This document shows positions 1 to 14,180 of a stretch of 64,000 nt of DNA, one piece after another (the stretch's first letter is position 1; each line of letters opens with the position of its first letter). The notes under the pieces are model-generated. The model was not told the DNA's origin. It was given only the letters and a program-made list of their open reading frames with translations, and did no database searches. Made by a program: the position numbers and the translations under genes. Origin of the DNA: Geosiphon pyriformis uo1 (lineage: Eukaryota > Fungi > Glomeromycota); NCBI GenBank assembly GCA_016748015.1, contig JAAOMT010000003.1, positions 190,373-254,372 of the forward strand, read 5' to 3'.

Positions 1-686
1 AATCTTTTAAGTCACAAGTTTTTCCAAGGAATAAAAATGAATTGTAACAGTAACAATAAGAGTATTTACAATTAATTGAGGATATTCAAAGCAAGAAACT
101 GAGGAATGAAATCAAATCAAATCAAATTGTTTTTTATGAAATTAAATCTTCTCTTGAATTTTTACATTAGAACCTACTGAATTGTTAAATACAAGCCACT
201 ATAAGTAAAAAATTTATTTTGAACGCCAATCTGAATCAAAATATTAAGAGTTATTTGATCCATTGCAAGATAATCTCCAGGAAGGTAGTCAATTAAATTT
301 GGTTTATCCCATTGGATCGCTAAGAATTTGGTTTTGGTCAATCAAATAATCCGTTACCAACTGTTAAAGCCAAAATTTTCTTACATATGTGATTTTATAG
401 AAATATTTCATTTTTTTACACCAGGGCAATACTAATTTTCGACAAATTAAACTCATTAATGATAATTTACACATGAAACATTATAAATCTTTCAATTTTG
501 ACTATTCAAACCAAATAGGATGAAGTAAAATAGCTCAATATTAATTTGATTTGATTTGATTTGATTTGAGTTCATTCCTCAGTTTCTTGCTTTGAATATC
601 CTCAATTAATTGTAGATACCGTTACTGTTACTGTTACTGTTATAATTCATTTTTGTTCCTTAGAAAAACTTGTGACTTAGAAGATT
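1..686. repeat. Long inverted repeat (arms 1-128 and ~543-686) around a ~415-bp spacer; MITE/foldback-like
   Basis: 1-128 (aatcttttaagtcacaagtttttccaagga...attaattgaggatattcaaagcaagaaactgaggaatgaa atcaaatcaaatcaaatt) is the reverse complement of 543-686 (aatttgatttgatttg...ttcattcctcagtttcttgctttgaatatcctcaattaattgta...ttccttagaaaaacttgtgacttagaagatt), with few substitutions and microsatellite length differences. The left arm runs off the window edge. Confidence 0.9.
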
Positions 687-2593
687 TAATTTTTTCACTT
701 GTCGATCTACCAATAATTGCGTAGCATCTTTTGAATAATTGTTTACCGTCCCAAATTCAATTTTACTATATTAAATTTGGGCCATTGCAAATCTTCCAAC
801 TTAAAATTTTGAAATGGCCCCTATAGCGCAGCTTTTCATATGCTTTTCCGTTGAGGCTGAAGCTTTAAGCAACCTAAATTTGTAAACGTGCCAAATGAAA
901 TCAAATTCATCCTGAATTCGATTTCATAAAGTTTGTTGCTCTATTTGGATTCAGTCACAAGATACATTATCTTTGATTAAAAATGTTGAATCATTTATTA
1001 TAGCAATAATCGACGGCCAAAATTATTCACCTGAACATGAAAATTTTCATAGCACATATTCATCAAATATACGATGGATGAACCTGGTACTATTTCTTCG
1101 CGATTATTTGGCTAAGGAAGGGTAAAATTTTGGTCTTTGCCAAAATTAGCAGCTCAAACCGACTTCATGTGACGTTGATTTACCAGTCTATAATGCGAAA
1201 AAATTAAAAATATTTTAGCTTGATGCTTACTTGATAATATTTGATATATTGAGTGAAAGTTTGTTTCAAAATCATTAATTTGCATAAATGAGGAAAATCA
1301 AAAGAAATTTGAATAATTTAATTGTCTCGAAAGTTAACAAATTAGATTTTCAATTTGTCGATTTGCGTCTTTATTATTAGAAATTCGAGCCTTCAATTTT
1401 GAATGTTAAGGGGTAATGTTGATAGGTTATAAAGACTGGAAAATTCAAGGAAAATCAAACCAAAATAACTTTTTTATATTAGTTAATGAAAATCATCAAT
1501 CTGATTTGAAATTCATGATTTTCACCATGGTTTAGAAATCATCAAAACTTTATACACCAGATCCGCCTTCGAAAAGAGAATCTAGATTGTCTTAAACCTG
1601 GTGAAAATTCAAGTTCTTGATAAGCAAACAATTTCTATTCATGGATTATCTCACTTGAATTGTGCTAGTGACTCTAGACCACATCACGATCACAAAATCT
1701 CTATCACCTACTTTTACTCGGGATATTTCGGCATTTCAAATTTGCCGAAATGCACAATGCATCTCCAAATTTAGTTTAAAGAAAATTCTACGTAGATTTA
1801 GTTTAATATTTAGAATTATAGATCGGTCAAAATTTAGGTTTTCTATTATGATTAGTTAAAAGACTAATATCTGTGAAAATCTTTTCTAAAACGGAAAAAT
1901 CCATTTACTAAAACCCGAAATCATCAAAATATTACAAGGCTCACAAATCTTTAATCACTATTCATTATGGCTTTGCTTTTATTCTAACTGACCCAATTGC
2001 AGGCAAACCATCCTAAAAAGGAAAGCTAGCTATTTTTCTGTTTCCATATCCATTACACCCTTACGAACAGATCTTAGCTCAAAGTCGTAGAATAACAATA
2101 ACAGCTATCCTTTCAGATCTACCTACAGAACACAATACACTTCTGGAAAACTTGGCCAAAAGGATCAGAAATTCCGTTGCCAAACGTTTTAGGCTTGGCA
2201 TTAAGATGGATGATATCGAATGAAAATAAAATAAAAAGGGGGTAGAGGATAGTTGAAAAAGTCAAACATTTTTGGGGAAGCTTTCAATCCCGATTTAAAG
2301 TTCTCGAGATTTAATCCCGTTACACTCAAAAAATAGGACTTCTTTGGTGTTGTGATACAGACTAACCAAACCTTATAAGAACCATTTCTTTTATTTAAGT
2401 GTTTACTTATTTTTTGAAATTCTCCTCTGTCGCCCACGGATTCTCTTCTTTCCTCTCTCAAATTGACTCTTGTTTTTATAAAATCAAACAATTATTTTTA
2501 TCCCATTTCAAATTTTGACGCAAAACGAAACAAGTTAAAAAGCAACAACAGATCATTTACAAGATCAAAAATTTTTACTAAACATTTTAAACA

Positions 2594-5500
2594 ATGTCGC
2601 AGCGAGGAGAGGGGACTGAATATGTGGAGCCTTATAACGTGAATGATGAGCTCGGCCAGGAAGATACCAAATTATCCACTTCAAAAAATCATTCTGGGGA
2701 TTCTGACACACAGATATCTGAATATGACACAGGTGCAAATATTCTTTCCCTAAAATATTCTTTGAGAAAGTCAAAGCATGTTTTTTTTCTTTCTCTCTAA
2801 CTAACCTTTCAAACCTTTATTAGACTCTCACCAATTCGAAAACGAGAAAACAAAAAATCAAAATAACCCACTGGATCAGTATTTTGGTGCAAATCGAAAA
2901 AGTTTTCAGATTCGGGCATTGGTAAGGAACCGTAACATGATTTTAATTATAAAGCTCCTAAACATACTGACATGTCCCAACTTATAACGATTTTAAAATT
3001 TTGCAAAAACAGGCTCGAAAAACACTCTCCTATCAAAAACGCCAATTGTTCATAAACATTTGTTGTATCACTTTATGTCCTTTAATGATGGTTGCCATTT
3101 CTGCTATAATGGGAATGGTGATTACAAATTTGATTAACAATTCGGCAGGGATTAAAGGTGGGTCCGACTTTGCTTACTTTCCTTGTGGGATTTTAATTTG
3201 TGTTTGTTACACGTGAACTAATATTAAAACCATTTTTTATAACTTCAATACAGAATATCTCTTTTGCTCGAATACTACCGCCATAAACCCCCAGACTGGT
3301 CAACCATTGAAAGCTGACTCTGAATTACTCCCAACAACTCCCGCCAACTCACTTCCAAATGTTCCCGGTGGTGTTAAACAAGTCAGGTTGACAAATTATT
3401 ATTTGCCCCCAGCCGGTGACGAACTCTTTTCGACACCAGGAGCGGAACAAGGCTGTGTATATTGGTTTGAAAAAGATTATCCTTTCCGAGAACCGTATGA
3501 GCCAAACCCTGCCATTGATGATGCTCTGAGAAAAGACACGTAAGGAATTATAAATTGTGGTTCCGTCATTTCGTTCTTGTATTTCCATTTTTCTTAGAAT
3601 TTGAAAAACTATTTAATTTATTCAGAACATGGAAGCCAGATCCTCAAGGTGGTTGGTTTGGTAAAAAAACACTTGAAAACCCAGTTTATTTGACCTCCTA
3701 CGAAACCCTTCCATTTGCTTATGTAAGAGACGCAGATGGTGTCAACTCTGGTGAAAAACCACGTCGAAACCTTATCAGTGAAATCGATAAATTCATTAAA
3801 GGGAATTATAGTATGGACAAAAATGGTGACAATGGATTACTTGGCACTATTGACACAAACTATTACGTTAATATCACTCGCGCTAATAACAATTATACCA
3901 TCGCCGGAATTCAGCCTGTTCCATTTTTTGAAAAATACAATATCGACGAGAGAGAAATGGACAATTTATTAACAGCTCGAATTCAAGATTTCATTAGCGA
4001 AGTTGCCGGAGTAAACAAAGCCGCTCTTGAAAATGATAACTCCTCTGACAAAGAAAAATTGAATTTTTATATTGATATTGCTGGTATAGTGGCTAAAATG
4101 CCTTGGGGAAATCTCTTATTTGACGTTATTGATACTTCAAAAAAAATTTGGAATTATACTATACAAATTGGCGAGGATCTACGTATTTCCAAAGCAGCAT
4201 CCTTCCCAACTCAGGGCATTCGTCGTATAGTTCAGCAAAGTCAGCTTAGCAATGGTTTCTTAAAAACCGCCGACAGTTCTTTACAATCTGCAAAAATCAC
4301 ACATGGTTACCGCGTCATGCCACAACTTTATTCTTCAAAAATTAAAGTTCCTGCTAGTGCATTCGTTGGTGGCATTCTTTATCCTTTTGGGGTCTCATTC
4401 TTACTCCCAATTTTTGTAATTACCCTTGTCAAAGAAAAAGAAGATCGTATTTTGGTGATGATGCAAATGAACGGTCTCAAAAGTTATAGCTATTATTTGA
4501 CACATTACATCCATTTTTATTCTCTACATATTTTGACTTCTATCGTGTTCATTGTCACCGGTGTCCTTTGTAAAATGGAATTTTTTACGCTGACACAACC
4601 AGCTGTCTACATTCTTCTCTTCTTTTTCTGGGGTCATATTCAAATTGCTCTCGCTTTCCTCTTGAGTATATTCTTTAGCAAAAGTCGTACGGCACTGGTC
4701 ATTACTTTTTTACTTGTTTTATGTGGTGTCATTATCAGTTTGGCTACGACTCGATTATTTAAAGATCATGCACCGGTCGCCTATTACATTTGGCCTCCAT
4801 TCGCTTTTTATCGGGCACTGTCGGTTGTCAACACCTACAGTTTCAGTAAAACCAAGCGGCCTTATCGACTTTCAGACTTGACCGCCGGTGACGATGTTTT
4901 AAATTCGATCATTGCAATGATTCTCGAGTTCTTTATCTTCATGATAGCGGCCTTTTATCTGGCGCAGGTAAAATAATCAAATCTTATCAGCATCCAACCG
5001 ATTGTAGCTGTAATTAAACAAATAATTTCATTTCGACAGGTCTTTCCCTCAGAATATGGTGTTCCCAAACCTTGGCATTTTTTCATCTCAGAACCATATA
5101 AAGCTTTCCGAAGGAGAAACCAGAAAAAAGACGAGAAATATAATCCCGTTATTCTCGAAGCTGGCATTCCCGATGTAGATCCGGAAGAAACGAAATTTGA
5201 GGATGAAGATGTAAAGGCTGAGAGAGCTCGTGTTCTAGAAAATCGTTATCCAAAAGATTCTCCTCTAGTGATGAAGCGTATGCGGAAAATTTATGGAAAT
5301 GGCAAATTGGCTGTCAAAGATGTCACATTTGCCGTGGAAAAAAGTTTGATCTTTGGTTTACTCGGCCCTAACGGAGCTGGTAAGCATAAATTTCATGAAA
5401 TTTGCATATCATATCAAAAATTTCGCAATATGATCAATTTAATCGAAATCTTCACCATCACCTCTTTTAGGGAAAACGACTCTTATCAGCATCCTGACTG

Positions 5501-6476
5501 GCCTTTATCGCCCATCTTCAGGATCAGCTAGTCTTAATAACTTTGACATTTTTACGGATATGAGCAAAGTTTACATGAGCATGGGCGTTTGTCCACAACA
5601 CGATATTTTATGGGATGATTTGACCGTCGGGGAACACTTACTCTTTTACGCCCGATTAAAGGGTATCCCAGCAAAAGCAGAATCAGAAGCAATAAAACTT
5701 GCATTACAACAAGTACGGTTAGAACCATTCAAAAATCGATTATCAAAAGGTCTCAGTGGGGGTGAAAAACGGCGGCTGTCAATAGCAATCGCATTAATTG
5801 GTAACCCGGCGGTTGTCTTTTTGGACGAACCAACTACGGGTTTGGATCCAGAAGTAAGACGATTGATTTGGAACATTGTACAAGAAGCAAAAGCCGGAAG
5901 AACAATTGTATTAACTACACATTCAATGGAAGAGGCAGAAGTTTTATGTAATCGTATTGGTATAATGGCAAAGGGAACGCTACGATGTCTTGGACCACAG
6001 CTGCGATTAAAAGAAATCTATGGACGTGGTTTCAAATTAAGCTTCAGTTGTCGTCCAAAGAATACTGAACAGGCTACTGCGTAAGTTTTGCGTTTCGATT
6101 GGGATATATGCTAAGGAGTATCTTGTAAATTCTAACCATTTCAATTTTGAAATCATCATTTTATAGATACATTGAATCCCTACTACCACCCTCTGCAAAA
6201 AAATTAGACTCATTCGTCACCAATGTATCATATGAATTTGAGCCACAACCCGGTTTAATTTCGCGATTATTTTCAGAAATAGAAAAGAACAAGAAAGCGA
6301 ATGGTATTGATGATTGGGGTCTAAGTCAAACTAGGTAAGAATTTGTCAATGTCTATTTTAATCACTATGGGTTGTTCAAAAATGAAAATTGTATGCTAAA
6401 TCTTTCTCTTTTATACTATAGTTTAGAAGAAGTATTTTTACGAATTATTGGTGAGGCCGATGCCGAAGCAGATTAA
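2594..6476 (+). CDS. Half-size ABC transporter, subfamily A (TMD with large extracellular loop + one NBD); 9 exons
   Basis: Exons 2594-2732, 2824-2921, 3013-3157, 3254-3539, 3626-4967, 5040-5379, 5471-6080, 6167-6334, 6422-6476 join in frame through GT-AG introns. Walker A GPNGAGKTT (split by an intron), GVCPQHDIL, signature LSGGEKRRL, Walker B VFLDEPTTGLDP, H-loop LTTHSMEEAE, ABCA motif LVKEKEDRILVMMQMNGL, C-terminal TSLEEVFLRI. Confidence 0.93.
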
Positions 6477-7079
6477 AAAAATAAACATTTATTCGCGTTT
6501 TCATTTATCTTATATCACCCTAACCCCTATTCCAACAAAAATTTTTGCATTACGATTTTTCAATTCCGCTACGATTATTAGAAAATAATATACTAATATG
6601 CTTTTTTAGGATAGACATGTAATCAGTAATAGTTCAAAAATAAAATATTTAAAAAAATTTAAATATAATGGCAGTTTCTAACTCTGATATTCGGAATCTT
6701 CTTATGTCTCAGTGTATGCGAATATTTGAGAGGAAATACTTTACCCTCACCCCGTAATTATTTCGATTTCTTTCACTCGATTTTTTTTGATCTCTTTTGT
6801 TAGTTCCATAGAAAAATGTAATTTTTCATTAAGTTGAATTATTCCTCGTAAATTTGATTCTTCAACAAAAATGACCCTATTTCCAGATATCGGCAAAAGT
6901 CCTCTTCAGGGAAAAGACTGACATAAAATAGAAGTTGGAAATTTTTAAACCCCTAATTTCCTATTCGGATTAATTGATACCAAGCATATTGGAATACTGT
7001 ATAGATGCATGCACATGACAATAGCGTTAGATCTAGTTTGATTGGCTTGGTGGCTAGTCACATGTAAAAAGCATCTACT

Positions 7080-10000
7080 GTAAAATAATATCTATTTTTG
7101 GCTATGCTTTAAATGCATATAGAAGTTGATTAACTGTAACAAAATTTTTTCACTTTATTATAATCCAAAATAAAATTATGATTTTTTTTTTAAATACTTA
7201 CTTAAATATCTGTAAAATAATCATTTATTTAATAATTTTAACCATTTACTTTGCAAGTATATTAATATAACACAGCAACTTAATACGAAAAAAAACTTTA
7301 TCTGTTATATATTTTTTACATGCATTACAAACTCACAAAAAAAACATAGTTCTTTTATTCTTGGTTAAAAATAAAACTTTGTTAAGCCAAAAAAACTAAT
7401 TTAATTCTTAATATTATATTAACAAGTCAATTTGAAATCGAAAAATTTACAAATTTTTAAAAAAAATACAACATAATATTAATCAAATTTAACACATAAA
7501 TTAATTTCTCAATTTAATAATTTTTACATTTGTATTTTGTTAAGTTTAATTAATATTAATATTTATTCTTTTTTATAAAAAACTTTTTTGTAATGTACTT
7601 TTGTTATTTTTATAAATAGAATATTAAACGTGTGTAAGACAAAGTATTTGCTTATTTTACATAAAAATTTTAAGTTTTTGTATACATTATCTTGCTCTAA
7701 CTTCTTAAGATAAAGTCAAAAAATTTATTTCTAAAACTTATAATAAAACAAACAAAAAATTGAACAAATAATTCAAATAAAAAATTATGAAATTTTTATT
7801 TACTAATATGTGTAAATTTAACATTAATTTTAAGGCAACTGTATATATTGCAAATTAAAATTTTTTAACATAATTGATTTTAGTAAAATAAATAAAAATT
7901 CAATTGTATATAATTTTAAAAATAATATTTATTTTCCAAAAATTGGACCAATGCAAAATAGGTTTTTAAGTCTATTTTTGTATTTAATTTAATCAATTCT
8001 ATTAATAATTAACTTTTTTTTTGTGATTATACTGTTCTTAAATAATTAATCTTAAAAAGTATTTGTATTTTGTTTTTTTTAACATTAAATTTCATATTTT
8101 ATTTCTTTAAATAAAATATTAGAAAGTTAATTATTAATATTAAGTTGGCTTTTATTTAAGACTTAATAATTTTTTATTACTAAAATTTTAATATCGAAAA
8201 ATATTTATGTTAATAATTTATAAATCAAATTATTAAAAAATAATTTTTGATATCAACATATATTTTTGTAAAAAATGGCCAAAAACTCGAGTAATTAATC
8301 ATCTAAAAAACATTTAATATTTCTTAAAATGAAAAATGAAAAATTTTGTAAATATTTAAATATGTTTGGTTTTTTGTATGAATCTATGTTTATTACAGTC
8401 ATTTATTTTTTAATGATTTTATTATTCTGACAATTAAAAAGTAATGCTTTAAATAAATAAACTAAAATTTTAAGTTTTAAATATTTGTTTTGGAAAGATT
8501 CAAAAATAAAATTACAATATGACTGCACATATTATAATTGATTACACTTATATAATTTGAAATATGCAATTATATATTATTCTATCTTAAAAACTTTTTT
8601 TTTTTGGATATATCTAATTATTTTGTGCTAAACTATTAATTTTTTAATTCTTAATAAGCCTATTTTGTTTTTTATCAAATATTAATTGATTAGTTTTCAC
8701 CTTTGTAATAAACAAAAAAAATTCTGTATTTGTTATTAGAACATGAAAAATTTGTTACATCAATATTTAACATTGAAATCATGTTACCAGTAACTCATTT
8801 AGTTTTTTTCAAAGAATTTTTTTTATTGGTAAATATTGTAAAAAATAATTGGGCAGTTTTTTATTATTAATAAAATTATTTAGTTTTTTAATTGACTGTT
8901 TAGGTTTGATTTTAAAAAAACCTATTTAATATTACTATTTAATCACAATAAGTTGTGTTTAAATCAAAATATTTAATTTATAAATTTTATGATCAATAAA
9001 ATTTTAACTTTTTTAAGTTATTTATCGTTAAAAATAAATTTTTGATTTTTGATTTTAAATCAGCTTTGAATTTTATTAATAATTTAATAATCTTTTGTTT
9101 AATGCTTTTAAGAAAATAATTTAATTATTACACTTATTATTAAAACAATGTTCAAAATTAAAATTATTAAAAGAATCAATTAATTATGTTTTTTATAAAA
9201 ATTAAAGATAATATCTCAGGTTGCAATTAGTATAATGTTTAACTGGTCATTGACCAAACATAATAAACTAGCATCTTAATGAAATTTTATATTAATAAAA
9301 TATAATTAAAGCTGATTTTGGGGTTTTTAATTTTGTACAATCAAAAGCTTGTTGCATTGAAGTTTTATTTTCAATTTTTTATTAATAATTTTAAATTTAA
9401 ATAAAATTTTTGATAGCTTTAACTTGTATTTTTATCTTTTAAAATATATTTATTAATTTAAAAAACTAGCTGTTAAAAGCTGCAATTTGAAAATCTTTTT
9501 CTAAAAAATTATTTTTAAATCTACATTAACTAAGCGTTTTTTTAGCTATTTTCAATTTAGTAAGCAAATTCAATAGTTATATTCAAAGTCAAATTGTTTT
9601 TTAAACCAAAAGCAAGAATTATTTTGTTTTCCAGGTCATTTTTTTAAAATCCTTCATTTTATCAATTTTTAAATTGTTTTATCATATTTACCTACAAATT
9701 TACCAGAATTTCAAATGCATATTTTTTTTTAAAAAAAAAAATTTCGAAATTTGTGCTTTTTAGTAATATGGCTTTTAATTGGCTAATTTTAATTTTTTGA
9801 AAAAACCATGTATCTGAAAAATTTTGAAAATATTTTTATGATTTTAAAAATTATCAGCAAATTATATTCATTAATTTTAATTGGATTTTCAAAATTTTAG
9901 AATTTTTGCATTGTTTCTAAGCCAAGAAAATTATTATTTTGTTAATCAAGAATAGTTTGCACGTTTTAAAAAGCAAATAAAATATTACAACTAAAATAAT

Positions 10001-10600
10001 TAATCATAAATTCAAATATAATAAAAAATAATCACTTTTTCAGATTAATTCAAAAATATAACTAATTAAAAATAATTTTTAATTTTTTGTTTTGGGTAAT
10101 TGATAAACAGCTATTCAAATTTGGATTTGATAATTTAGTAAATATCAAAATTTAGTCGGTAAAATTATTAAAAACCAATTTCGAAATTATTTACTAAATT
10201 ATTATTCAATCGAAAATAAATTAAACAACATAAAAAAGATTTTTTTTGATTTAAATTAAATAGTTTTTAAGTACATATCAATTTTTATAATAAATAGATT
10301 TTAACAATCTTACAAAGAACATTAACAAGTTAACAGATAATAAAAATAAAAGTTATAAGATTAATATTAATAGACAAAAAATAATTTAATAAAATAAAAT
10401 AAAATGTGTCAGTAATTCAATTGAAAAAATCAGGCTTAAAATCTCAACCTAAAATTTTTGCCAAAAAAATTTGAAAATAAAAAATAATTTGTGATTTTAT
10501 TTATTTAATAATTATTTTATTGAAAAGAATTACTAAAGAAAGTTTTTTATACTTTATTCAATTCTAAAAAAAGAAATTGGCTAGTATGTGATTAAGTTGT
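7080..10600. mobile_element. Extremely AT-rich block, probable fossil transposon DNA (family not recognisable)
   Basis: Abrupt drop in G+C, CpG scarce, no ORF of 60 aa or more in the track; bordered by a LINE-3'-end-like fragment (~7037) and followed by a decayed transposase. Boundaries approximate. Confidence 0.5.
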
Positions 10601-11589
10601 TTTTACATATATTATAGCATTAAATTAAGAAAAAATTCCCGAATTGTGTGTTAAAATAATTGTGTAATCCAAAATCATTTACTATTACTTTTTCCAAGAC
10701 TGTACCTATTTTACAACAAAAAAGTCTTGCAAAATTGACAGATGTTGTTAAACAAGATTCACTCTATTGGCAGTCATATGACTGATATTTTATCTCAAAT
10801 TTAAATTAGTGAAGGCTTATTCTTTTTGGTAGAGAACCAAAGAAACCAAGATCTTTACGAGAATATTAGACTATATAAACAATTTTGTGTGAAGATATAA
10901 AACATAACTATGTTTTATTTAAAATCAAATAAATTTTCCCTGAACACATAATTTTTTCTGATTTTTGTTCATCTTATTAATATTTTATTCGATTATATAG
11001 GTTTGATAGTGAAACCCAAATTTCTTACATTTAATAAAACAAATTTGAATTTATAGGTTTCGAAGTTAGTTTCCAAATAAGTTAAAAACCCTAAGATACA
11101 CTCACTTAGGAGAGAATTAATGTATTCGAGAGCAAGTTTAACTGTCTAATTTGATTAGTGTGAAATACATAACCAAAAATTGGTATCTAAAAAACAAACC
11201 ATAATTAAAATATTATGGTACAAGACATTTGAAGTTACCATAACACATAACATGTAATCGACCAAATCAATTAAAGTTATATTTAATTAATTATTACACT
11301 CAAAATTTAAATATTAACCATGAACATGTGATAACAAATTCGATTTGAAAAAATCTCATAATGCTTTAAATAAAAAAACATTAAGAGATAATAAAGAGAA
11401 AGATAGAAAAAATAATAATAAAAAGATAGTGAAATAAAATATTAGAAAAACAGAAAGAAAATTATTGAGAAAAGAATAAAAAGGAATATTGAAGCAATAA
11501 TAAAAAAGAACATTAAAGAACAAATAAAGAGAAACATTGAAAAAGTTGTAAGAAAGAGATTGGGATAATGATAATAATAGCTAAGATTC

Positions 11590-12548
11590 AACGACATTAC
11601 CAAAAATTTATTTTTATAATAGTTAAGAACCAGATGTTATTAAATATTATTAAAAATTTTAAAATTAAGAAAAAAATCAGAATATATATTAATAACATAT
11701 GATGAATGTATATTTTATTCTAATAATGGCAAAAAAGGAATTTGGGCCAAAAAAAGAGAATTCTCATTATGCAAAAAATGAAAAATTAATAATGGTCAGT
11801 TAATTTTTCACAGAGATAAATAAATGATTACAACTTAAAACTGCTAATATTCAAAATCATTCAACAATTTCAAAAGAAATACATTGTTATTTAACATCAG
11901 AAAAATAATAAATTATATTGAACGCTGAATATTTATTTGAACAATTAGAAAAAAACAATTTCAAATTGTGAAAAACAACTAAAAATGCATAATACATATT
12001 TTGAACCAAATATTTAATATCAATCAAATTATTCTAATGAAAAATTAAAAGAACAACCTTAAGAAATGCATCAAGTTTTATTAAAAGAGAAAAATGGCCA
12101 CTAAAAGAATTTTTGGCTGAATGTAAAAAATGCAAAAACAATTACAATTACACTTTTTGTTGTGCATGTTGAGTAATTTCTCTGGAACCAGATTTTTTAG
12201 CACAAAAAAGTCCAATTGCAAAAGTAATTGAAAAAGCAAGACAGAAATGTATTTTTTATCCTAAATTTCATTATAAACTGAATTTAATTGCGAGATACTG
12301 GGTAGGAGCTAAATGTTATGCCAAAGAAAATTGTGATTATTCATGGACAGGATTGGAACAAATTATACCTCAAAGTCTCGAATCTGTGCCTTTAATTAAA
12401 ATTAGAAGATTATTAGAAAACCTTATGCATCTTTTATAAAAAAGGCATTTGTGGTAAACTTGCAGAATATGCAGTTAAAAAATACAAATTTCATAGAAGA
12501 ATTTCGAATAATATTTTAGAAGAATTAAATCAAGTTTATATTGAATAA
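11590..12548 (+). pseudogene. Decayed DDE transposase of IS630/Tc1/mariner type
   Basis: Manual translation gives ILITYDECIFYSNNGKKGIWAK (~11686-11751), CCAC*VISLEPDFLAQKSPIAKVIEKARQKCIFYPKFHYKLNLIARYWVGAKCYAKENCDYSWTGLEQIIPQSLESVPLIKIRR (~12159-12410) and KGICGKLAEYAVKKYKFHRRIS. These match fungal Tc1-like motifs (THDE..FY.ND; PKFHCELNFIERYW). Stops and frameshifts are present. Confidence 0.85.
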
Positions 12549-13606
12549 ATATATAATTTTATTTTATATACTGAAATGAAATAATAATATACAATTCCAA
12601 ATTTTTGACTAATAATCAAAACTTCGAGAAATTGCTGAAAATAGGTTGGACATTTTTAAGAATCCTGTTTTCTAAAATATAGTTTCAATTTGAGATATCT
12701 TGTAAGTTTTCTTAATATTTTTTAATTGTGCCTGAATCGTTAAAGGATTAAATACGGGCAATAAATTTTGATTATTTTTAGAAATCTGTGCATGGTAAAC
12801 AATTTTCCGGATGAACCTATGATAGGTGGAACTTTATTTTCATCCTTTTCAGGCAATCGATAGTCATTACACATCAAATCGAAGTTCTGATGGAAGTCCA
12901 TCGATCAAGGAATCTAACGTTCTTATATATTTATTTTATTTTCATAATTTTTGGATATAATGACCTTGAAAAAAAGTGGTTGATATTTGAACACACAAGT
13001 TAGTTAGAATGATGGACCGCACCTTACAATCAACTAATGATTGGATTGTGTCAGCTCAGCTAATTACTGCGGCAACAATGTTTGTTATCTTTTATTTGAC
13101 ATTTTCATCAACAAGAAGCTATTTACAATATCATTATCACGTTGGCTCTTTGGAAAATGGCTATTTAAAATTTTAGTATTCAACTTTTTCATTTTAGATC
13201 AAGACTCTTATCTAACAATGATCTACCAAAGAGGTTTCGCTTCATTATTTCTAGAGTCCAAAGAAAATAGAACTTTCCAGGTCGTGTAAATTTAACATTA
13301 AATTAAAAGTATTTTTTATATTTTAAGCTGCAAAAATGCGATTGTAACTTTAAAAAAGTCTCCCATAAAACTAAAAAAATAGTCTTTAGACATCGATTGA
13401 GCAAATAATTTTTTCTGATTCATTGGCCAGTTACATGTATACAGATTGACCTCTATTAAAAAGATTAAAACCGGTTATTTAATTGCAATTGCCAAGCAAT
13501 TTTGAAAATTAAAAATCTGAAATGATGAAATATTTACTTAATGTGCCTACAAGACTCCAAATATTTATAGAATCATTTCTGTACAGACTGAATTTCGTAC
13601 CCACAT

Positions 13607-13731
<125 letters not shown>

Positions 13732-14180
13732 ATTGATATATGTTCATCTCAACCTGCAAACCAATATCTTTTTACTCATTTCTCGATACTCAATATTAAA
13801 ATTAAAATATTCTCATTATTTACAAAAAGAGATAAAAAAAATTGAAATTGAAATTCCACAATCTTTTGGAAATTCCCTTTTTTTAGTCAACAAAGACTAG
13901 AAGATCCTTGATTTAATAACAAAAATAGAAAATCATTTTTTTGCCAAGCATCAGGTATGTTAAAAAACAATTTCCTTTCGAGATCAGTTGAACTAAATAA
14001 ATTAAGTCATTTTAATTTTTTTGGAAAACCTGTGCTATCTTGAAAATTTCCTTGGGATCATAGATGGTTTTGTTAAAGACGGTTAGCCTCTTTTTAAAAT
14101 AGGAATCTAGGTTCTGCCATTTGAAGTCGCATTTTTCCAATTTTAACCTTTATTCTATATGCTTAAACAGATCACTACTT

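Noticed and set aside
1076-1086. GGATGAACCT shared with 12809-12818 as a possible TIR partner
   Set aside because: Same orientation, only 10 bp, and the flanks do not align.
2003-2223. Exon-like open stretch upstream of ABCA gene 1
   Set aside because: No start codon, the apparent acceptor leads to early stops in all phases, and no recognisable motif.
9305-9330. KADFG as a kinase DFG relic
   Set aside because: No other kinase motifs in frame; expected by chance.
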